64,000 nucleotides of DNA, taken from contig DALZZF010000007.1 in the NCBI GenBank assembly GCA_031987605.1, positions 1 to 64,000 of the forward strand, written 5' to 3'. The stretch is from Bergeyella sp. GTDB lineage: Bacteria; Bacteroidota; Bacteroidia; Flavobacteriales; Weeksellaceae. This document shows positions 7,523 through 17,431 of the stretch, in pieces. A program made the position numbers and the translations under genes. Position 1 is the stretch's first letter. Each line of letters starts with the position of its first letter. The notes under the pieces were generated by a model. The model did no database searches and was not told the origin of the DNA. It saw nothing but the letters and a program-made list of their open reading frames with translations.

Positions 7523-8848
7523 TTGAAGTTTTACAAGAGAATTGAAGTGAAAGAAATTTCAATGCTGAAAAGATTTAGACCTAAAAAATCGATTTCTGAA
7601 AAGCACAATTCAAATGAAAGAACAACGATTGAAAAATTTATTGAATTTAAACCCAATTTTGAATGGAATGTTTTCTTCCGCACAATTTCGAAGATGAGCT
7701 TTGGGATTTCCTTTTTATTAAAAATGTTTAATGATTTAATACAAAATACTATGTTGAATTATGTAAAAATCAAAGCGTATCAGGTTGCTTTGGTTTACAA
7801 AAATCGAAATTTAATCGAAATCCTGAAAGAGGGAAATTATTGGTTATATGGAAATAAAACCGTCAATCTTTATGAAATGAAAGATGAATTCGCTGCCGGA
7901 GAAGACGTTAAGTTATTGCTTAAAAATCAGAAACTTGCAGAAATGCTTGATGTGATTGAAGTTTTGGACGGAGAAATCGCGCTTTTGTACGAAAACGGAA
8001 TTTTCAAGAAAGTCTTAACTACAGGAATTTATGCCTATTGGAAAGGTGTTGTTGAACGAAAATTCCAAAAAGCAGATTTAACCAAAGTGGAAATTACCGA
8101 AGCTATTTCTAAAACCATTTTGGAAAATGCAATACTTCGAAATTTCACCCGAAAATTTGTGGTCGCCAATCAAAATAAAGCCATTTTATTTGTTGATGGT
8201 AAAATGAATCGTGCTTTGGAATCCGGAACCTATTATTTCTGGAATAACGAAATCGCCATCGAAGTGAAATCAACAGATATGCGTTCTCAACAAATGGAAA
8301 TTACAGGACAGGAATTGCTGACCAAAGACAAAGCCGCACTCCGAATCAATTTCTATGTACGATACGAAGTCAAAGATATTGTAAAAGCTTTGGTTGAAAA
8401 CAAAGACTACGACAAACAATTGTATGTTTTAATGCAACTTGCACTTCGTGAATTTGTAGGTGCTTTAAGTTTGGACGAATTGCTGGTGAAGAAGGATGCT
8501 TTAGGAAAAGAAATCTTATCCAATTTCGGAAACAAAGGTCTGGAATTGGGACTTCAGGTAAGCGATGCCGGAATTCGGGACGTGATTTTAACCGGAGAAA
8601 TGAAAGACATCATGAATCAGGTTTTAATCGCCGAAAAGAAAGCGCAAGCCAACAGCATTATGCGTCGTGAAGAAACTGCTTCTACCAGAAGTATGCTCAA
8701 CACTGCAAAACTGATGGAAGAAAATGAAGTTCTTTGGAAGCTCAAAGAGATGGAGTATATGGAAAAAATCGCCGACAAAATCGGAGACATCACCCTTTCC
8801 GGAAATTCCAATATCGTGAATCAATTGAAGGAAATTTTCTCCAAATAA
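7523..8848 (+). CDS. SPFH/band-7 domain protein, slipin family
   Basis: C-terminal two-thirds (EVKDIVKAL...GIRDVILTGEMKDIMNQVLIAEKKAQANSIMRREETASTRSMLNTAKLMEEN...) is a slipin-type SPFH domain. The true start may be an internal Met at about 7691 or 7748. Confidence 0.7.
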   Translation: MKFYKRIEVKEISMLKRFRPKKSISEKHNSNERTTIEKFIEFKPNFEWNVFFRTISKMSFGISFLLKMFNDLIQNTMLNYVKIKAYQVALVYKNRNLIEILKEGNYWLYGNKTVNLYEMKDEFAAGEDVKLLLKNQKLAEMLDVIEVLDGEIALLYENGIFKKVLTTGIYAYWKGVVERKFQKADLTKVEITEAISKTILENAILRNFTRKFVVANQNKAILFVDGKMNRALESGTYYFWNNEIAIEVKSTDMRSQQMEITGQELLTKDKAALRINFYVRYEVKDIVKALVENKDYDKQLYVLMQLALREFVGALSLDELLVKKDALGKEILSNFGNKGLELGLQVSDAGIRDVILTGEMKDIMNQVLIAEKKAQANSIMRREETASTRSMLNTAKLMEENEVLWKLKEMEYMEKIADKIGDITLSGNSNIVNQLKEIFSK

Positions 8849-8850
8849 AA

Positions 8851-8885
8851 ATTCCCACTACGAAAATGGTAGTGGGAATTATTTT
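8851..8885. terminator. Bidirectional terminator
   Basis: ttcccactac-gaaaatg-gtagtgggaa hairpin with A/T runs on both sides. Lies between convergent genes. Confidence 0.55.
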
Positions 8886-8901
8886 AATTTTAAATTCTGA
8901 A

Positions 8902-9432
8902 TTAAAGCTTTTTCACTTTAGAATCATCAATATTAAATCCTTGAATTACAGCATTGTAATCATTATAATCAATATCAACACCTTTTCCGGAAGCTGGAAT
9001 AAATACCACTCTGAAAGTCTGATTATTCAGGTAAGTATTTTTAAAACTGCTGTCCTGTGCTGTCAAATTAAAATTAGCATCAGCATAGATTTGAACATCG
9101 TTTACAGTAAAATCAAATGTATAATCCAGTGCATTGGTAGAACCAAAATAATAAGTTTTAGGGAGCAATTTCCAAACTGCGGTACCACTGGAAGAATCTC
9201 TTCTGTAAATTAAAATCACATCCGTATTATACAGCGGACTGGCAAATGTTTTGTTAATCCCGTACAGATAATCGGCGTTGGCTCCGTCGCTATTTTTAAA
9301 ATTTTCGGTAATATCTACTACTTGCGGATACGTATCATTATCCGTATAATTGTTATTGTCATCATCGGTATCACAGCTTACAAGGAAAAGCGCAAAAACA
9401 CTTAGAAACAACAAGGAAATAATCTTTTTCAT
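8902..9432 (-). CDS. Hypothetical lipoprotein
   Basis: 176 aa with a signal peptide and lipobox (LFLVSC). Confidence 0.5.
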   Translation of the reverse strand: MKKIISLLFLSVFALFLVSCDTDDDNNNYTDNDTYPQVVDITENFKNSDGANADYLYGINKTFASPLYNTDVILIYRRDSSSGTAVWKLLPKTYYFGSTNALDYTFDFTVNDVQIYADANFNLTAQDSSFKNTYLNNQTFRVVFIPASGKGVDIDYNDYNAVIQGFNIDDSKVKKL

Positions 9433-9556
9433 TTTATTTAGTTTAATGGGTTATCGTATAGACCTTTGGCATCCAAATCGCATACCAATTTTTAGATGAA
9501 ATGCCTGCACAAAGGTTAAATTTGTATTTTTGTTACACAAATTTTAAACGAAAAAA

Positions 9557-11248
9557 ATGAAATTTTCTTTCACCATATTCTTTAACCTATTTATTTTCTG
9601 CTTTTTACAGGCACAATATCAACCTGAAAAATTAAGTCCGGAAGAAAAAGCAAAAGCAGAAAAATGGGTAGAGAAAACCTATAACTCCTTATCACAGGAC
9701 GAAAAACTGGGACAACTGTTTATTGTTGCGCTTTATACGAACAAAGGCGAAGATTTCATCAACAACATCCGAAATATTGTGGTGAATGATAAAATCGGAG
9801 GCTTAATTCTTATGCAGGATGATGCTGCAAAAGAAATTAATCTGGTGAATGAATTTCAGCAGAAATCCAAAGTACCTTTAATGATTGGGATGGATGCAGA
9901 ATGGGGATTATTTCAACGAATTCCTGTTGCACATAAATTTCCGTGGGCCATCACTTTGGGAGCGATACAGGATAAAAATTTAATTTATCAAATGGCGCAG
10001 AAAATTGCCGAAGACTGCAAAAGAATGGGCATTAACTGGGATTTTGCACCGGTTGTGGATGTAAATACCAATCCCAACAATCCGATTATCGGAAACCGTA
10101 GTTTTGGTTCTGATGTTCCGAATGTAATCAGTTCTGCGCTGTCTTATTCCAAAGGACTTCAGGATTCCGGAGTTTTGGCGGCGATTAAACATTTTCCGGG
10201 ACACGGCGATACCGATACCGATTCTCATATGGATTTGCCTATGATTTCCCATAATTCCGCACGTTTGGATTCTATAGAGATTGCGCCTTTCAAAGCATTA
10301 ATGGACAAGGGAATCGGCGGTGTTATGGTGGCGCATTTGTATGTTCCCACACTCGAAAACGCTAAAGGTGTTCCCGCATCGGTTTCTCAAAAAATTGTGA
10401 CCGGTCTTTTAAAAGAAAAACTCGGTTATAAAGGTTTAATCATTACTGATGCCTTAAATATGGGCGCGGTTGCCAATAAATATAAAGCCGGAGAACTGGA
10501 TGCAATGGCGTTTAAAGCAGGAAATGATATTATGTTGTTTTCTCAGGATGTTGCCACCGGAAAAAAATTGATTCAGAAAGCTATTGACAGCGGAGAAATT
10601 CCACAAAACAGAGTTGAAGAAAGCGTAAAAAAAATTCTTCTTGCAAAATATTATCTGGGTTTAACTCAATATGAACCAAGAAATCCGCAAAACATTAACG
10701 AAGACCTGAATAACGATTCCCATAAAAAGTTGGTTCAAAATCTTTACAGCAACGCTTTAACATTATTAAAAAACAACGAAAAACTACTTCCTTTAAAAGA
10801 AGAAAAAAACTATTATTATGTTCCTTTAGAAGAAGCACCGTATCAAACTTTTTTCAATCAATTGAATGAAAACAAGAATTTCACAATTAAAAAATCGGGA
10901 GAAATCGCTTCTATTCCTGCAGGTTCAACCGTAATTGTAGGATTTCACAAAGATAATTCCACGGCGTATAAACCTTACAAAATTTCGGCAGCGAGCAAAA
11001 AAACACTGTCGGATTTAAGCAAAAAACATAAAATTATTCTGTCAGTTTTCGGAAGTCCGTATGCTTTGAATGATGTGGACATTTCAAAAATTTCAACCGT
11101 TTTGGTGGCTTATGAAAATAACGACGATTCTATGAACGCTACTGCTGACGCACTGAACGGAAAAACGAAAATTTCGGGAAGACTTCCGGTGCTCGTTAAT
11201 GAAAATTTAAAATACGGAATGGGAATCGATCTGGATGCAAAAAAATAA
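9557..11248 (+). CDS. GH3 family beta-N-acetylhexosaminidase-like glycosidase, secreted
   Basis: Signal peptide. KHFPGHGDTDTDSH is the NagZ/GH3 catalytic motif. Confidence 0.8.
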   Translation: MKFSFTIFFNLFIFCFLQAQYQPEKLSPEEKAKAEKWVEKTYNSLSQDEKLGQLFIVALYTNKGEDFINNIRNIVVNDKIGGLILMQDDAAKEINLVNEFQQKSKVPLMIGMDAEWGLFQRIPVAHKFPWAITLGAIQDKNLIYQMAQKIAEDCKRMGINWDFAPVVDVNTNPNNPIIGNRSFGSDVPNVISSALSYSKGLQDSGVLAAIKHFPGHGDTDTDSHMDLPMISHNSARLDSIEIAPFKALMDKGIGGVMVAHLYVPTLENAKGVPASVSQKIVTGLLKEKLGYKGLIITDALNMGAVANKYKAGELDAMAFKAGNDIMLFSQDVATGKKLIQKAIDSGEIPQNRVEESVKKILLAKYYLGLTQYEPRNPQNINEDLNNDSHKKLVQNLYSNALTLLKNNEKLLPLKEEKNYYYVPLEEAPYQTFFNQLNENKNFTIKKSGEIASIPAGSTVIVGFHKDNSTAYKPYKISAASKKTLSDLSKKHKIILSVFGSPYALNDVDISKISTVLVAYENNDDSMNATADALNGKTKISGRLPVLVNENLKYGMGIDLDAKK

Positions 11249-11357
11249 ACTTCCCGTAAAAGCACATCAATATTTGCTATCTTTAGCAAGAATTTAACTT
11301 TAAAAACAATAGGAATTTCAGTTTTGTAAAATGCTGAAAAATCCTTCCTCAATCCCA

Positions 11358-12506
11358 ATGAAAATAGGAATTCTCTGTTACCCAACCTACGGTGGAAGTG
11401 GTATTGTTGCCACCGAACTCGGAATGTCTCTTGCCAACAAAGGCTATGAAGTTCATTTTATTTCCAGTAATCTTCCGGCGCGTCTGGATATTACCAATCC
11501 CAATATTTTCTTCCACAAAGTGAATGTGCAAACCTATCCGCTTTTCCAGTATCAGCCGTATGATATTGCACTTTCGTCGATGATTTATCGTGTGGTGAAT
11601 TTGTATAAACTGGATTTGCTTCATGCTCATTATGCAATTCCGTATGCATATGCAGCGTTTACGGCAAAACAAATGCTGAAGGAAGAAGGCAAAGATATTC
11701 CATTGGTTACCACACTGCACGGAACCGATATTACATTGGTAGGTCAACATCCAAGTTACAAACATGCGGTGGAATTTTCCATCAACCAATCCGATACCAT
11801 TACCACGGTTTCTGAAAGTCTGAGAAAAGATACCTTACAGTTTTTCACCATCACAAAAAATATTGAGGTGATTACCAATTTTATTGATAATTCAGAATTC
11901 GACGGGTGCAAAGGCTGCAACCGAATTCAGTTCGCACAGCCGGATGAAAAAATTCTGATTCATGTTTCCAATCTTCGGCCGGTAAAGCGGATTCAGGATG
12001 TTTTGCAGGTTTTTAAAAATGTGCAGAAAAAAGTAAAATCCAAGCTCATCATCATCGGTGAAGGTCCTGAAATGGAAATTATTTCTCAGTTTCTGGAAGA
12101 CAACCCCGAATTAATCGACAAAATCCGCCTTCTCGGAAAAGTGAACGATTTGTACAGTATTTTGCAACTGTCGGATGTTTTTCTGCTTCCCTCGGAACAG
12201 GAAAGTTTTGGTTTGGCAGCACTGGAAGCAATGGCAGCTTCAACGCCGGTTGTAAGTTCAAATGCCGGAGGAATTCCCGAAGTAAATGTTCAGGGTGAAA
12301 CCGGATTTTTAACGGAAGTGGGCAATGTGGAAGCCATGAGCAACTACACCATTAAACTTCTGAGCAATGATGATTTACTGCAACAAATGAAGCACAGCGC
12401 AAAACAACAGGCCGAACGTTTTGATATTAAGAAGATTCTTCCGCTGTATGAAGATATGTATGTGAGAACATTAGAACATTTCCAGCTGGAAAAAACAAAT
12501 CACTAG
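11358..12506 (+). CDS. bshA: N-acetyl-alpha-D-glucosaminyl L-malate synthase (bacillithiol biosynthesis GT4)
   Basis: MKIGILCYPTYGGSGIVATELG... is the BshA N-terminus, followed by the C-terminal GT4 EQESFGLAALEAMA motif. Start moved to the internal Met at 11358. Confidence 0.75.
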   Translation: MKIGILCYPTYGGSGIVATELGMSLANKGYEVHFISSNLPARLDITNPNIFFHKVNVQTYPLFQYQPYDIALSSMIYRVVNLYKLDLLHAHYAIPYAYAAFTAKQMLKEEGKDIPLVTTLHGTDITLVGQHPSYKHAVEFSINQSDTITTVSESLRKDTLQFFTITKNIEVITNFIDNSEFDGCKGCNRIQFAQPDEKILIHVSNLRPVKRIQDVLQVFKNVQKKVKSKLIIIGEGPEMEIISQFLEDNPELIDKIRLLGKVNDLYSILQLSDVFLLPSEQESFGLAALEAMAASTPVVSSNAGGIPEVNVQGETGFLTEVGNVEAMSNYTIKLLSNDDLLQQMKHSAKQQAERFDIKKILPLYEDMYVRTLEHFQLEKTNH

Positions 12507-12552
12507 AATTCAATATATTACAGGATATTATTATCTTTATTAAAATTATCCT

Positions 12553-13821
12553 GTGACTGAAAAATTGCTGCAATACATCTGGAATTACCGTTTGTTTTCA
12601 CGACCCAATTTTTGTGATATTGAAGAAAACGCTCTGGAAATCGTAGATTACGGCATCTGGAATCATGATTCCGGTCCGGATTTTCTGTTTGCAAAAATTA
12701 AAACTAAGGATTTAGTTTTAGCAGGAAATATTGAATTTCATTTAAAATCATCGGATTGGATTTTTCACAAACATTCCGAAAATCAAGAATTCAACAATGT
12801 AATCCTGCATGTTGTTTATTTTCATGATTGTGAAATCGAGGAACTCAACCATCGAAATATTCCCACGCTTGAACTGAAAAATTATATCAATCCCGAACTT
12901 TTCATGAAATATGAAAATATGATGCTTGAAAGTTCTTTTATTCCCTGTGAAGAAATTTTCAGCCAAGAAAAAATTCCTTTTCAATTTTCAGAAAGTGCTC
13001 TTCTTCAAAAACTTAATGAAAAATCCATTCAAATTGAGCATCAACTTCAAAAGTATAAAAATGATTATGAAGCGGTATTTTTCCGTGAATTGGCATACGC
13101 TTTCGGCTTAAAAATCAATGCTGAAATATTCAGAAATATTGCAGAAAGCATTCCTTTTTCCATTATTCGAAAAATCAGAAATAACCATACACAACTCCAA
13201 GCTTTACTTTACGGAAAAGCCGGCTGGCTGGAAAAAACACAAGATAAAAACATGGAAATTTGGCAAAAAGAATTTGCTTTTTTGCAACACAAATACGCGA
13301 TTTCCGAAATCCCCTATTCCCCGAAATTCCTTCGTTTGAGACCACCAAACTTTCCCACCATCCGGCTTTCTCAATTTGCTGATTTGCTGCATCGGGAATA
13401 TTCTCTCTTTTCCACGTTGATGTATGCAAAAAACACTAATGAAATCAGGGAAATTTTCTCGAATATATCCGCAGATGAATATTGGGATAACCATTATACA
13501 TTCGGAAAAATTTCAAAAAAAACATATCGAAAAACTTTAACTAAAGATTTCGTTGATCTTATTTTAATCAATACCATTTTGCCTTTCAAATATACCTGGA
13601 TGAAACATGAAAGTGATGAAGCGGCAGATGAAATCCTCGGTTTTTACCACGACATTGCTCCGGAAAAAAATTCCGTTCTTCAACAATGGAAACATTTGGG
13701 AATTCACTTAAAATCAGCATTGGATTCGCAGGCATTTCTTCATCAGTACAAAAATTTCTGCTTACCGAAAAAATGCCTAAATTGCAGCATCGGATTCCAA
13801 CTTTTAAAGGAAAACGCATAA
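12553..13821 (+). CDS. DUF2851 family protein
   Basis: 422 aa. The MTEKLLQYIWNYRLF N-terminus is characteristic of DUF2851. Confidence 0.5.
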   Translation: MTEKLLQYIWNYRLFSRPNFCDIEENALEIVDYGIWNHDSGPDFLFAKIKTKDLVLAGNIEFHLKSSDWIFHKHSENQEFNNVILHVVYFHDCEIEELNHRNIPTLELKNYINPELFMKYENMMLESSFIPCEEIFSQEKIPFQFSESALLQKLNEKSIQIEHQLQKYKNDYEAVFFRELAYAFGLKINAEIFRNIAESIPFSIIRKIRNNHTQLQALLYGKAGWLEKTQDKNMEIWQKEFAFLQHKYAISEIPYSPKFLRLRPPNFPTIRLSQFADLLHREYSLFSTLMYAKNTNEIREIFSNISADEYWDNHYTFGKISKKTYRKTLTKDFVDLILINTILPFKYTWMKHESDEAADEILGFYHDIAPEKNSVLQQWKHLGIHLKSALDSQAFLHQYKNFCLPKKCLNCSIGFQLLKENA

Positions 13822-13822
13822 T

Positions 13823-14059
13823 ATGAGAGAACCCAATTTCATCAATAATCTACGCCACAAAATGGAACAGCAATGGTTTGGAGTGCTTACCAGAATGGGA
13901 ACCAAACTGGGAATTCCCGTTTCAAAACTGCGCGTTTTTTTTATTTATTCCACGTTTGCAACAGCAGGAATTTTCTTTCTTTTTTATCTCGGTCTGGCTT
14001 TTACGTTATGGGTAAAAGACATTTTTTTTATCCGCAGACCCAGCGTTTTTGATTTATAA
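13823..14059 (+). CDS. PspC domain-containing membrane protein
   Basis: 78 aa. W-G-V-x-G-x-A-x-x-x-G-I-x-x-x-x-L-R-V-x-F PspC motif plus a transmembrane helix. Confidence 0.6.
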   Translation: MREPNFINNLRHKMEQQWFGVLTRMGTKLGIPVSKLRVFFIYSTFATAGIFFLFYLGLAFTLWVKDIFFIRRPSVFDL

Positions 14060-14064
14060 AATCC

Positions 14065-14586
14065 ATGATGATTTCACTGAAAAAACTAAAAGACCGGGAA
14101 GAAACTTCACCGCTTCTTCCTCATTATGAAAAAACATTTCCTGCCGATGAACGCAGGGAAAATGAACAATTCCTGGCGTTAACGGAAAATCCTGATGTTG
14201 AAATTTTCTCTCTTCAGGAAGGCGAAACCACAATTGGTTATGCGGTAATATGGAATTTGGGGACATTCTTTTATCTGGAGCATTTTGAAGTTTTTGAAGA
14301 ATTTCGCAACCGTAAATTTGGAGCTGCTATTCTGAATCTTCTTACGCATGAATTTTCAAAAATGGTTTTAGAATCTGAACCTTCAGATCTGGACGAAATT
14401 GCCGCAAGACGAATTGGTTTTTATGAGAGAAATGGTTTTCAGGTGATTGATAAAAATTATATTCAACCGAGTTATGGTGATGGGAAAAGCAGTATGGAAC
14501 TGTATTTGCTTGCTAACTTTCCAATTATTAATCTGCCCGAAATCACCGATAAAATTCATCAAACAGTATATCATTTTTGGAAGTGA
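14065..14586 (+). CDS. GNAT family N-acetyltransferase
   Basis: 173 aa with the GNAT motif A region (FRNRKFGAAIL). Confidence 0.55.
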   Translation: MMISLKKLKDREETSPLLPHYEKTFPADERRENEQFLALTENPDVEIFSLQEGETTIGYAVIWNLGTFFYLEHFEVFEEFRNRKFGAAILNLLTHEFSKMVLESEPSDLDEIAARRIGFYERNGFQVIDKNYIQPSYGDGKSSMELYLLANFPIINLPEITDKIHQTVYHFWK

Positions 14587-14629
14587 TTTTGTAAAGAAAA
14601 TCTTATCTTTATCCTTAACTTAATACATT

Positions 14630-15400
14630 ATGAAAACGAAATTAACTGCTCTGGCATTTGTTGCTTTGTGCACATTTTCCACAATTACTTCATGCCAAAA
14701 TCAAAAAGCCGTGACCGAAACCACAACTCCAAAATTTGCCAACAATGTGTATGGAATTTACAGAGGAACCATTCCCTGCGCTGATTGCCCGGGAATTAAA
14801 ACAACCGTTTCTTTAGAAACCGACAATACTTTCAAAATTGCTTCCGAATATCTGGGAGATGAAGGCGGAAAAAGCGAAACCACCGGAAATTTTAGCTGGG
14901 ACAAATCCGGAACCAAAATTATTCTGAAATCCGCAAAAGAGGAAACCCAATTTTTGGTAGGTGACGGAACGCTGACCCAACTTGACAAATCCGGCAACAA
15001 AATCGAAGGTGCCAATGCGCAGTTTTACTTGTTTACACGAGGCAATTACGAAATTGTAAACAAACAATGGACATTGGTAGAATTAATGGGCAAACCTGTA
15101 GATGCTTCCAAAACCATGAAAAAAGAAGCCTTTATAATTTTTAATGATGACAATAACCGCTATAATGCATCCGCAGGATGTAACGGAATTTCGGGAACTT
15201 TTGCCACCGAATCTTTTAACAAATTAAGACTGGGAGCAGGAATGAGCACCATGATGGCATGTCCGGATATGACTTTGGAAGACGAATTCAGTAAAGTACT
15301 GAATCAGGCAGATTCCTTTATCATTAAAGGAGACGAGTTAATGCTGGTAAAAGGAAGAATGGCACCGCTGGCAAAATTTAAAAGAGCTTTGCAGAAGTAA
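14630..15400 (+). CDS. Lipoprotein with NlpE N-terminal-like (CxxC) and META/HslJ-like domains
   Basis: Signal peptide and lipobox. GTIPCADCPGI CxxC motif as in the NlpE N-domain. The C-terminal half resembles the META domain. Confidence 0.55.
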   Translation: MKTKLTALAFVALCTFSTITSCQNQKAVTETTTPKFANNVYGIYRGTIPCADCPGIKTTVSLETDNTFKIASEYLGDEGGKSETTGNFSWDKSGTKIILKSAKEETQFLVGDGTLTQLDKSGNKIEGANAQFYLFTRGNYEIVNKQWTLVELMGKPVDASKTMKKEAFIIFNDDNNRYNASAGCNGISGTFATESFNKLRLGAGMSTMMACPDMTLEDEFSKVLNQADSFIIKGDELMLVKGRMAPLAKFKRALQK

Positions 15401-15427
15401 TATTTTCCGTATAAATTAAGAAGCCGG

Positions 15428-15462
15428 TGGAAATTTCCGCCGGCTTTGTTGTTTGAATTTTT
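15428..15462 (+). terminator. Rho-independent terminator
   Basis: gccggtgg-aaattt-ccgccggc hairpin followed by a T-run. Confidence 0.5.
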
Positions 15463-15490
15463 AAATTCCAATATACTTTTCTCATTATCA

Positions 15491-16222
15491 TCAATCCACT
15501 TCGTATTCCAGTTTTATGGTAATGCTGGCTTCCTTATCTTTCGATGAAGTATTGAATGTTCCGCCATAGGAATAATCTTCGTTGGAATTGGGCGCTGTAA
15601 TCTGGATAACGCCCATGCTTGCTTTTTTCAGGTTTCCTAAGTTACTACCTGCATTTTCGGCGATCTTTTCGGCGCGCTGTTTGGCATCTTTTGTAGCATC
15701 TGCAATCATCTGCTGTTTCACATCCGCCAGTTTGGTGTAAAAATAACTCGGCGGTGAAGAAGTGAATTCAATTCCGAGGTTGATGATTTCGGTAATATTT
15801 CGGGAAAGATTTTCGATTTTTGCCACATCTTTACTGTCGATAGAAACCGACTGCGAAAGCTGATAACCTGCAAAAGTCTGTGTGCTTCTTCCATTTGCAT
15901 CACTGCCGTAGTTGTATAGTTTCTGAATATCTACGGACGAAAATACAATTTCATTTTTCGGAATTCCTTTGGAAACCAGATAATTTTCAATTACTTTTTT
16001 GTCGTTGGCAAGAGCGTCATAGGCTTCTTTCAACTCAAAACTGTTACGGGAAAAATTCCCAGACCAGGCAATAAGGTCGGAGGTGAACTGCTTTGTTCCA
16101 AGTCCTGTAACGGAAATGGTGTTTTCGGATTTGTTTCGGTTTTTGATGGCGCTTCCCAAAAGAGCGATACCAATAATAAAACCAAGTGCCGCAATGGAAA
16201 CGGCCATGATGTTTTTGTTCAT
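15491..16222 (-). CDS. SIMPL domain protein (DUF541)
   Basis: 243 aa with an N-terminal transmembrane anchor. The ISVTGLG...SGNF start is typical of SIMPL/26-kDa periplasmic proteins. Confidence 0.65.
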   Translation of the reverse strand: MNKNIMAVSIAALGFIIGIALLGSAIKNRNKSENTISVTGLGTKQFTSDLIAWSGNFSRNSFELKEAYDALANDKKVIENYLVSKGIPKNEIVFSSVDIQKLYNYGSDANGRSTQTFAGYQLSQSVSIDSKDVAKIENLSRNITEIINLGIEFTSSPPSYFYTKLADVKQQMIADATKDAKQRAEKIAENAGSNLGNLKKASMGVIQITAPNSNEDYSYGGTFNTSSKDKEASITIKLEYEVD

Positions 16223-16651
16223 AAAAATAGAGATTTGGTGTTTTTAAAATTATCAAAAAAATAATACTCACATAAAATCATTATCAAAACGCATTCCAAA
16301 TTTTAACATTTTTTTAACAATTGTGTAATTATTCTATTTCTTCGCCAAAAACTATGGACTTAAAGATTTTAAGCGTATCGTTTTATTTTGATTTTATATT
16401 CTTTTGTCTTGAAACAAAAGAACCAAAAATTCAAGACTTGGAAACTCCGGCTAAAATTTTGAAGAATTTCCTAAAATCTCCAAACTCGGGCGGGAACAAA
16501 GATTTATCACATAAGAAAGATTTTTGCCGCCACTCGAACAGTGGATATTTTTTTACGGAAATTTTTCAAAATTTATTAACGCCTCCGTTTCCTAGGTCGA
16601 TTTAAAATGATAATAGAAAATTTAATTTCCACACAAAATGTCGAAGAGACA

Positions 16652-17431
16652 TTATTCTTCATTCATTCTTTTAAGATATTCCTGAACATTCTCTTCCAGA
16701 GCGAACAATACCACCGAAAGATTTCCGGCTTTTACATATTTTGAAATATCCTGATTTTTGCCCATCGCAAATTGAATAAATTCTGAAATTTTTTCCTGTG
16801 GAATTCCGGTTTTGGTAAAATAATCATCTTCCACTCTGTTTCTGATCCACCGGATATTATCCTGCAGATCTTCATAACGGTACAAATTTTTCTGCCGACG
16901 TGCTTTACCACTTACCACATTATAAATTCCCTGAATATTTAATGCCGGAGCAAGACTGAGCAAAGGAAGTAAAACATCTTTTTTAAGTTCAGTTGGTGTT
17001 TCCCTTGGTTTTTCCGGCGGTTTGGGAACACCGAGATCTTTTCTTAATTCTTCCGCTTTGTCTGCTTTTGTAAGCATTTTTGAATCTTTATTGATTTCTC
17101 CCGAAAGTTTTATTTTCTGTACCTGAACTTCTTCAATTTCTTCCGCTGAACGGATGAGTATAAGCCTGATGGAATGGTGAAAATCATCCTCCGAAATTGT
17201 TTTTGAATTTCTTTCGAAACCTTTTTTCGCCATTCGAAGTTCATCTCCTGTGGAAGCCTCCACCCGAAAATTTCCGTTGATATCGGTATGTACATATTTC
17301 ATGGTTTTCAGATTGTAGACCAAAACCTGAGCAAGCGAATTTCCTTCCTCATCGGTTACTGTTCCTTCCACATTTTGGGAATATAAAAACGAAGCAAAAG
17401 AAAGAAACAGGAAATACAAGAATGTTTTCAT
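16652..17431 (-). CDS. Secreted protein with carboxypeptidase-regulatory-like N-domain
   Basis: Signal peptide. GTVTDEEGNSLAQVLVYN...TDINGNFRV is a CarbopepD_reg-like beta-sandwich. Confidence 0.5.
   Translation of the reverse strand: MKTFLYFLFLSFASFLYSQNVEGTVTDEEGNSLAQVLVYNLKTMKYVHTDINGNFRVEASTGDELRMAKKGFERNSKTISEDDFHHSIRLILIRSAEEIEEVQVQKIKLSGEINKDSKMLTKADKAEELRKDLGVPKPPEKPRETPTELKKDVLLPLLSLAPALNIQGIYNVVSGKARRQKNLYRYEDLQDNIRWIRNRVEDDYFTKTGIPQEKISEFIQFAMGKNQDISKYVKAGNLSVVLFALEENVQEYLKRMNEE

Noticed and set aside
4400-8900. Calling 4400-8900 a prophage or integrative element.
   Set aside because: No integrase, recombinase, capsid or other mobile-element hallmark genes are present. The mobile origin is only suggested by the tRNA array and fragments, so it is reported as a hypothesis rather than a feature.
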